From the NCBI GenBank assembly GCA_001603595.1, contig LUZK01000026.1:5810-69809 (forward strand): a stretch of DNA of 64,000 nucleotides, read 5' to 3'. Positions within the stretch are counted from its first letter, which is position 1, and every line of letters starts with the position of its first letter. The translations under genes were made by a program, and so were the position numbers. The notes beneath the pieces are model-generated. The model was not told where the DNA came from. It was given only the letters and a program-made list of their open reading frames with translations, and ran no database searches. Positions 56,654 to 64,000 of this stretch are shown piece by piece. The DNA comes from Bacteroidales bacterium Bact_19. Its GTDB lineage: Bacteria > Bacteroidota > Bacteroidia > Bacteroidales > ML635J-15.

Positions 56654-58653
56654 ATGAAAGTAATAAAGTTTCTGGTTCCTTTAATTGTAGTTTTTTCATT
56701 TGTAAATGCTAATGCACAAAAAACTGCAAAAAGCATAATTGAAAAAGAAGTTGTGAAATTACTCGAAAAAGATAAAGTGCTTTTATCAGAAGTTGAGAAA
56801 AAATGTGAAGGAGATTGCTCCTATTCAGGTCTTTGGAAAAATAAAAAACAAAAAAAGAAATTTCTTGATTTTGATCAAAAACTAAAAACTAAATTATTAA
56901 GCAACTTAAGTACTCCTTCTTTTTTGATAATTCGATAATTAAAACCGAACTTTCATTTCCGAACAAATCTCTCAATTTTCTGGGGAGTGTAATTATTAGA
57001 GATAACTATTTCGATGCTATAAACGAAAAGAAAACTCCGGATTTACCGGTTTTGATTTCCGAAAATCAGTTTTTACTACCATCACCAAACACCTCCACAA
57101 GTTCGTATTTATTGGCATTTAATTCGGAAAAATTTTTCAATACATCTCTCAACAATCAATTATCAGGAGAGTTTAAAGATTATTTTAAAGCTAAATTTGA
57201 TTTAATAAGCAAAGTTTCTGAATCAGAACGAAACAATTTACTGGCAGCAGCAGGAATTTTTACCAACAGACTTGCCGAAATTTTCGAAAATCTCGAAACG
57301 ATTTCCTCAAAAGACTTTTCACCGGTTTATTATTTGTGGTTAAATCACTGCAAAGGTAATGTTAACCCAGGAGATAAAATAATTAAGGCTTTTGAAGGAC
57401 TTTGTGTTTACATAAGAAAAGGGATAAATTCTGAACATCAAACTTCTTTAGAAATAAATTCCGGATTTAACATTAATGCTTTTCCATTTGTGAATATTCA
57501 AACAAACCAATCGAATGAATGGATATTTAATTATAAATTAAACATTTCCCAAAATACCTATGATATTTATATGTTCGACATACCCGAACTTACAGAACTT
57601 CCCTCAAGCTCAAAAATACTTAATTGTTGGAAACGATTAAGTTCTAACTGCCATATTGACTTTGTAAGCTCAAATATGTTGGTTAGCGGCAAAAAATTAC
57701 AACTAAGAGTCAAGTTCGGTCCAATTGCCGATTTTGAATCAATAAAAAACATTATACTCGATGAAAAATATACACTAAGCAAAATTCCGGATAATAAAAA
57801 GTTTGTAAAATCAATAAAAATCACCTCCGATCCCGGAAAAATTTCAATTGATGACGATAATTTTTGTTACTTAATTGTTGAGGTTTTAAGAGATGAAAAC
57901 TTTATTTCACTTAATTATTCAACATTATCTACTATTATCAGCAATAATCTTTATTTGAGACTATACTACGATATCTCGTGCGGCAAAGATACACTGGATA
58001 TTAAATATGCTCCCGTAGAAATAATTACGGAAAGATTTCCTTCACCAAGAGCAGATTATGAAATTAAACCGGTTAAATTGGACAAGTTTTTTGAATACTC
58101 TTCAATAATTAATTTTTATTCTAATAATACGCAATTCAGTGTTGGAACAGCACCTTTTCCGCCACGAATTACGGAATTAAAAGTTATTAGCGGAAGTGTA
58201 GATCAAAAATTTCATCAGTGTTTGAAAGAAGCGAGTTTTAAGATTAAAAACATAAACCAATTTGAATTAAGTTTTAAAATTCCTGCAATAAATAATTACT
58301 TCAGTGCAGAACAAAGAAGCATTGAATTAATTGCTGTTATTGAGTTTTATTCAACTTCAGGCAATTTGTACAAACGCCAATTACCGTTAAAGCTGATTGC
58401 TCCGGATGAAATGCTTAATAAACGTCTTCCCAATTTGCAAGTTATAATAAAAGACCCAAATGAATTGTTAAAATTGCTTGACAACAATGCAGTACTACCT
58501 GATGGCAAAACTATCCAAAAGGCTAAAGAAGGATTTGATTTTAAAAACGACGAGGATAATATTAAATTTATAAAATATTTAAAGAGAAATAACGTAATAA
58601 CAGAATCGGTTTTTGGACATTTCAAAGTATATGTTAAATTTTTAAATTTTTAA
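56654..58653 (+). pseudogene. Frameshifted secreted hypothetical protein (ORFs 56654-56938 and 56893-58653)
   Basis: First ORF has a signal peptide. The second frame is open from 56893, overlaps the first, and has no ATG near its start. One inserted base gives a 666-aa protein. Confidence 0.65.
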
Positions 58654-59086
58654 TATCGGCTAATTCAATTTTAATTTAAGGTCATTTCATGTATTGTTCT
58701 AGAAATAATGTATTTATAAAAATTTTAACTGTAGCTCAGGATTAATGCGTTTTCGATACTACATTTCGTGAAAATTATCCAGACTTAAAACCCAAATTTC
58801 GAATAAAAAAATGTAAAATTTGTCTAAAGATCGACACTCTATGGTTTTGAGGCTCTCAAAACGCCCAGAATGCTGATGTTTTTCCAAACACATCAAGCAT
58901 TAGTTCATTAAATTCCTAATCATTATTATGATATATGTAAAATTATCAACAGTGTAAAATATTGAATTTCTGATATTTATAATATTTTTTGACAATTTAA
59001 ACTAGTTTTTTTTTAAATTCATTTGTAACATATAAAAAAAATGTATATTTTTACTAAAAATTATTGTTTAATTAAAATCAAAAGTT

Positions 59087-59536
59087 ATGAAAAAATTATT
59101 CATTTATGTAATTTCAGGAGTTTTCTTATTAAGTGCTTTTTCTTGCGGAAATAAAAAAGCTGAAAACCTTGCAGATCTCAAGAAAAAATACGATGGAAAA
59201 GAATTTAAAAACTGTGACAAGTTCTTAGAAGCAATGAACGAAAGCTTCGACGTATATTTTTCATTGATTGACAAGGCTTATGAAGGAAACGAAGAAGCTA
59301 AAAAAGAAATGGAAGAATTTGATAAATATTTCAATTCTTTTGACAGTCAAGCCGAAAAATTCGAAAAAGAATGTCCCGAAAAATTTGAAGAGTTTCAGAA
59401 AAACTTAGAAAAAAAGATGGAAGAAAAAATGGAAAAATTAATGAAAATTTATGGCTTAGACGAACTATACAATAATACTGAAATGGAAGAAGGTGAATAT
59501 GCAGAAGATTCTATAGCAGAACAAGTTGTTGAATAA
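59087..59536 (+). CDS. Helical lipoprotein
   Basis: Lipobox SAFSC; two further Cys; E/K-rich helices. Confidence 0.8.
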   Translation: MKKLFIYVISGVFLLSAFSCGNKKAENLADLKKKYDGKEFKNCDKFLEAMNESFDVYFSLIDKAYEGNEEAKKEMEEFDKYFNSFDSQAEKFEKECPEKFEEFQKNLEKKMEEKMEKLMKIYGLDELYNNTEMEEGEYAEDSIAEQVVE

Positions 59537-59553
59537 TTATTTAATAATATTTT

Positions 59554-59583
59554 AAAAAAACCGCTTTCGAGCGGTTTTTTTTT
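59554..59583. terminator. Intrinsic terminator (bidirectional form)
   Basis: A7-CCGCT-TTCG-AGCGG-T9. Confidence 0.85.
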
Positions 59584-59586
59584 ATT

Positions 59587-60156
59587 ATGAAAATTCTAAT
59601 TTACATAGTTTTTATCCCATTTGTACTTTTATCATGTAATAAAAGTGACAAAAAGAATTTTGAAAATTCGAAAGAAACAGAGCTCGCAACAGAAAACCTT
59701 GTTTATAAAAAGAAAAAAAATATTGTTTATCATGATTCATCAGTAAACATAAATCATTTAACTCCTCCAGAATCAAATCAAGATACCGTAAATGAAACCA
59801 ATCTCAATTCTATAGTTTTAAATCAAAATGCCTTTGTAAATAGCTACAATGAAAACATTTTAGACTCAATGATATCAGGTTTTGAAATAGACATAATTGC
59901 AGTTGACACAACAAAATCCTGTAGTCAGATATATCAAGATGCATTGAATGTGTTAGAGAAATTCTTTAAAATAGTTGATTTGATTGAAATAAAGGATACA
60001 GCAAATATCAATCGGTTAAGGAAATTTGAAAGCTATACAAAAAAAATAACTCCAATACTTGAAAGATGCGACAAAGAATATAATGATATTATGGAACTTT
60101 TAGATGATTACAACATTAAATACAGGAGTAAAATGGAAGTTATCTTTGATAATTAA
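59587..60156 (+). CDS. Lipoprotein, probable distant paralog of 59087-59536
   Basis: Lipobox LLSC; C-terminal helical segment aligns without gaps to the upstream lipoprotein. Confidence 0.7.
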   Translation: MKILIYIVFIPFVLLSCNKSDKKNFENSKETELATENLVYKKKKNIVYHDSSVNINHLTPPESNQDTVNETNLNSIVLNQNAFVNSYNENILDSMISGFEIDIIAVDTTKSCSQIYQDALNVLEKFFKIVDLIEIKDTANINRLRKFESYTKKITPILERCDKEYNDIMELLDDYNIKYRSKMEVIFDN

Positions 60157-61228
60157 TTTGAAAATTAAATTTTATGTTTGAAATGATTTTTTGAAATTCA
60201 TTTTCAAAATTCGGAGTGAAAATTCTTTTTCCAAGGTTCTTATTAATCTCAGTAATTTTCCAGAACTTAACTTCTTCTACTTCATCGTTGGGGGAAAAAT
60301 TTATATCATCAAAAAATGTTATAAAAACAAATACTAATTCTTTTTCAATTTCTGATTCCCAAACATATCGGGTTAGGAAATCAACTTTAACATCAGGAAT
60401 ACTTATCTCCTCGTATGTTTCGCGTTTAATGGCATCTTCGATATTTTCGCCAAATTTAATATGTCCACCAACAGCGGTATCCCACTTGCCGGGTTGAATT
60501 TTCCTTGTGGTCGAACGTTTTTGCAATAACAAATCCCCTTTGCTGTTGAAAACATGCACATGAATTACCGGGTGCAATCTTTTAGAGCCATCGTGAGCTG
60601 TTGTTCTTGATATTTTTGCAATTATTTTACCAGATTCATCAACTTCAGCTAAGTACTCTTCAGAATCAGTTTTAGAAAAATATCTATTCCTGACGAATTC
60701 TATAATGAAAACAATACCAAAAACCACATAAAACAAAACACCACTAATGAATCCCCAGGCTTCTTTACTCATCCGGAAAACAGAATAAACAACCAGTAAA
60801 TTGTGAGCAAAGAATATCCAGAACATCAATCTCATTGAATTTTGCATCTTTTTTTGAACATCCTCATTAAAATCCACACCTTTTAAATATCTTCCGGTTA
60901 TAATTAAAAGAATATTTTTTTTGCCAAAAGCCGATATTCCTAGAATAATAAGCAAAATACTTTCTATAAATACAGGTTTTAATTTAAAAAATACTTCGTT
61001 TTGAAGAACTACAGAAATTAATCCCAATAAAACAATTAACGCGATATCAAACAGAACAAATTTATCAATTCTTTTTTCCTTGACATAAATTGCAAAAAAT
61101 TGAATAATACCAAATATTATTGCAACAATTAAACCTGTTTTCGCACCCCAGATCTCATCAACAAGAATAAATACAAAAAGCGGGATTAACCCGGGAAGGA
61201 TGGTTTTTAAGATGCGCTTTAAATCCAT
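60140..61228 (-). CDS. YciB/IspZ-like membrane domain fused to NUDIX hydrolase (IDI-like subgroup)
   Basis: IPLFVF...FFKLKP membrane domain; LHPVIHVHVFN...LLQKRS...PGKWDTAVGGH...GE..EDAIKRETYEE. Confidence 0.82.
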   Translation of the reverse strand: MDLKRILKTILPGLIPLFVFILVDEIWGAKTGLIVAIIFGIIQFFAIYVKEKRIDKFVLFDIALIVLLGLISVVLQNEVFFKLKPVFIESILLIILGISAFGKKNILLIITGRYLKGVDFNEDVQKKMQNSMRLMFWIFFAHNLLVVYSVFRMSKEAWGFISGVLFYVVFGIVFIIEFVRNRYFSKTDSEEYLAEVDESGKIIAKISRTTAHDGSKRLHPVIHVHVFNSKGDLLLQKRSTTRKIQPGKWDTAVGGHIKFGENIEDAIKRETYEEISIPDVKVDFLTRYVWESEIEKELVFVFITFFDDINFSPNDEVEEVKFWKITEINKNLGKRIFTPNFENEFQKIISNIKFNFQINYQR

Positions 61229-61302
61229 TTTTAAAGCAAATTTATGAATATTTTTTTATCGAATTTAAAAATTAAATAAATTTACAATCAAAACTTCAAA
61301 AG

Positions 61303-63129
61303 ATGAAAAGCAGATTTTGTTTCAATCCTAAGCAATTTCAAAAGATTATTTTGTTTATTATCTTTTTTTCAATGTGTTTAAATGTTTTTGCTCGTATGGG
61401 AGGCGGAGGCGGTGACGGTGACATTGGAGTTGGCGACGGCGACGGATTAATAGAATTGATTTTATATCTGCTCTTTATGCTCCCCGAACCTTATAACTAT
61501 TTATCTGTAACTACTATTATTATTGGAGCTATAATATTTGGAAAACTAAAAAAACAAGGTTCTATCCTTAATAAAATTGATAGTAGCAAAATCCCTTCAA
61601 AACAAGATGAAAAAGGAATCAGAGTATTTAAAGAAAGACATCCCGATTTTGAAACAAATTTATTTCTAGAAAAAGTTACAAAAGCATTTTACGATATTCA
61701 ATCGGCTTGGACAGAAAAAAATATTTCAAAAGTTCGAAGATACATTACTGATGGTATGTACCAGAGAGTTAACACACAATTTAAAATGATGGAAATACTC
61801 GGACAAAGAAATATTATAGAAAAATTATCTCTTAAAAATTTAATCATTGATAAAATCGAATCTGACGGGGTTTTTGATATTATACATGTTGGAGTTTATG
61901 CCTCTGTAAAAGACAGTTTTATCTCAGAGAAATATCCTAATTTGAATTCCGTTTATTGGGAAGAATTTGTTGAATACTGGACATTTATACGAAAAAATTC
62001 CTCAAAATCAAACAAAGATATTTATTCTACTTATAACTGTCCTAATTGTGGTGGAGATTTGTCATCAAATATGGGAGATTTATCAAAATGCCCTTATTGT
62101 GGTACTATTACTAATAGCGGAGAATATGACTGGGTATTGAGTGAAATAACACAAGCTGACGACTATAGAACTATTGGAACAAGATTATCAGATTTCAGTA
62201 ATACACTTATTAATAAATTAAAAGAAATTGCAGAGGCAGATTCTGATTTTGCACCACAAATTATCGAAGATAAAGCCAGCAATGGATACCTACAGATCGA
62301 AACAGCAAGAGTTTTAAAAAACATTAACTATGTAAAAAGATTTGTTAGCGATTCATTTCTTAAAAAATTAGAAAAAACCTTTAAGAAAGAAGAATATTTT
62401 GTTTATAACCGTATTTATCTTAATCATGCAACTCTTATAGGAGCTTTGCAAAAAGACAATAAAAACATTTTGGTTGTTTCGCTAAAATTATCATTTCAGA
62501 AAGTAAGAATTGAAAATTCGCAAGCTAAAATAATGGACCCAGTAGTAATTAGCAAAAATGAAATTATGTTGCTAGAAAGAGATGTTGATGCTAATCCAAA
62601 CAATGGGTCTATTTATGCTTATCAATGTCCATCCTGCGGAGGAACATTAACAGATACAACAAACATAAATTGTCCATATTGCGGCGCGACACTTAATTCC
62701 TCAAAATACGACTGGATTATTTCTGACATAATGTCTGAAACAGAATACTTAAAATACTTTAATTCAAATGAAAATTATTTTATCAGTAACGTTAATCCTA
62801 AGAAATTAGATAAAATTTTAACTGTAAGAGACTATGCCTTCAATAATGTACTTGTAATGATAGCTGCAGATGGAATTCTTGAAAAGGAAGAAATTAATTT
62901 TGTAAATAAATTGGCATCTAAATGGGGTTATTCAAAATCAAAAATTCAAGGTATGATTGAAATGGCAATGAGCAATAAATTATCAATTAAAATGCCCGGA
63001 GATTCAATATCCCGAGAAAAAATATTTAAAATGATGGAAAAGGCTGCTAGCATTGATGACAAAATATCTACTGAAGAAGCTGATTTGCTTGAAAAAATTA
63101 AAGCAGAGTATCGTATAAAAATCAAATAA
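61303..63129 (+). CDS. Membrane protein with two Tim44-like + zinc-ribbon repeats and C-terminal TerB-like domain
   Basis: ARMGGGGG leader; PDF..NLF...AFYDIQSAW...EYWTFIR; CPNCGG/CPYCG and CPSCGG/CPYCG; MIAADG..EKEE. Confidence 0.75.
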   Translation: MKSRFCFNPKQFQKIILFIIFFSMCLNVFARMGGGGGDGDIGVGDGDGLIELILYLLFMLPEPYNYLSVTTIIIGAIIFGKLKKQGSILNKIDSSKIPSKQDEKGIRVFKERHPDFETNLFLEKVTKAFYDIQSAWTEKNISKVRRYITDGMYQRVNTQFKMMEILGQRNIIEKLSLKNLIIDKIESDGVFDIIHVGVYASVKDSFISEKYPNLNSVYWEEFVEYWTFIRKNSSKSNKDIYSTYNCPNCGGDLSSNMGDLSKCPYCGTITNSGEYDWVLSEITQADDYRTIGTRLSDFSNTLINKLKEIAEADSDFAPQIIEDKASNGYLQIETARVLKNINYVKRFVSDSFLKKLEKTFKKEEYFVYNRIYLNHATLIGALQKDNKNILVVSLKLSFQKVRIENSQAKIMDPVVISKNEIMLLERDVDANPNNGSIYAYQCPSCGGTLTDTTNINCPYCGATLNSSKYDWIISDIMSETEYLKYFNSNENYFISNVNPKKLDKILTVRDYAFNNVLVMIAADGILEKEEINFVNKLASKWGYSKSKIQGMIEMAMSNKLSIKMPGDSISREKIFKMMEKAASIDDKISTEEADLLEKIKAEYRIKIK

Positions 63130-63130
63130 T

Positions 63131-63162
63131 AAAAAAAAAAAAAGACGGCATTCGCCGTCTTT
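63131..63162 (-). terminator. Intrinsic terminator of dnaK
   Basis: Minus strand GACGGC-GAAT-GCCGTC followed by T13. Confidence 0.85.
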
Positions 63163-63179
63163 AAATTTTATGATTGATT

Positions 63180-64000
63180 CTACTTAACCTCCTCAAAATC
63201 AACATCAGTTACCTCATCATTCGAAGAGCCTTTTCCGGTACTCGAAGATTGATTGCTATCTGAAGAACTGCTGCTCTGACTACCACTTTGCTGTTGGGCA
63301 TTATATATATCTTGGGATGCAGATTGGAATGCTGCATTAATTTCATTCATTGCAGTATCAATGCCTGCAAGATCTTCAGATTTGTGAGCAGTTTTCAGTT
63401 TTTCGAGAGCCGACTCAATAGCAGCCTTTTTGTCGGCCGGAATTTTATCTCCAAACTCTTTTAATTGTTTTTCTGTCTGGAATATTACAGAATCAGCCTG
63501 ATTTAATTTATCGATTTTTTCTTTAGCTTTTCTGTCAGCTTCTGCATTAGCTTGAGCCTCAGCTTTCATTCTTTCGATTTCTTCCTGAGTCAAACCGCTC
63601 GAAGCCTCAATTCTGATGCTTTGCTGTTTACCCGTACCTTTATCTTTTGCAGAAACCTGTAAAATACCATTAGCATCAATATCAAAAGTTACTTCAATTT
63701 GAGGAACGCCTCTTGGGGCAGGTGGAATTCCATCGAGATGGAAACGACCAATAGTTTTGTTATCACGAGCCATGGCTCTTTCGCCCTGTAGAACGTGAAT
63801 TTCAACAGATGGCTGATTATCACTTGCGGTGGTGAATACTTCGGTTTTACGTGTCGGGATGGTAGTATTTGCTTCAATAAGTTTGGTCATTACACCGCCC
63901 ATAGTTTCAATACCAAGAGAAAGTGGAGTAACATCGAGCAATAACACATCTTTAACTTCTCCGGTTAAAACTCCACCTTGAATTGCAGCCCCAACAGCAA
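63180..64000 (-). CDS. dnaK: Chaperone DnaK (3' part; runs off the window)
   Basis: [48 protein letters not shown], ends DVDFEEVK. Confidence 0.97.
   Translation of the reverse strand, partial: AVGAAIQGGVLTGEVKDVLLLDVTPLSLGIETMGGVMTKLIEANTTIPTRKTEVFTTASDNQPSVEIHVLQGERAMARDNKTIGRFHLDGIPPAPRGVPQIEVTFDIDANGILQVSAKDKGTGKQQSIRIEASSGLTQEEIERMKAEAQANAEADRKAKEKIDKLNQADSVIFQTEKQLKEFGDKIPADKKAAIESALEKLKTAHKSEDLAGIDTAMNEINAAFQSASQDIYNAQQQSGSQSSSSSDSNQSSSTGKGSSNDEVTDVDFEEVK

Noticed and set aside
58844-58862. GTTTTGAG...CTCAAAAC resembling the end of a type II CRISPR repeat
   Set aside because: Single copy, no spacers, no cas genes

Overview
AT-rich chromosomal segment of a Bacteroidota (probably Bacteroidales-type, anaerobic) bacterium. 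The assignment rests on recurrent TAnnTTTG promoter boxes and on typical Bacteroidota gene orders (DUF3276/nusB/DUF1573/yajC/coaE, purE/hpt/adk, fur/purA). Most of the window is housekeeping: typA, rimO, lysS, recJ, miaA, korAB, tex, purA, the 3' end of dnaK, tRNA-Arg(ACG) and tRNA-Phe(GAA). I saw no transposase, integrase, prophage or CRISPR array. The best candidates for new biology are: (1) an operon with an enoyl-CoA hydratase and two paralogous KAS III (FabH-like)-SDR fusion proteins, one of which lacks the SDR catalytic Tyr (44069-48538); (2) an archaeal-type GAPOR-like aldehyde:ferredoxin oxidoreductase (54682-56562); (3) a candidate sRNA with its own promoter and terminator (about 57-142), next to an XRE regulator and an 880-bp AT-rich region carrying TTACAWWTGTAA repeats; (4) two (TTAG/TTGG)n tracts, each starting at a stop codon; (5) unusual protein architectures: tandem adenylate kinase, 2x(Tim44-like + Zn ribbon)-TerB, YciB-NUDIX, a HEPN-like ORF and a frameshifted orphan. 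All assignments come from motif recognition by eye; no searches were run.
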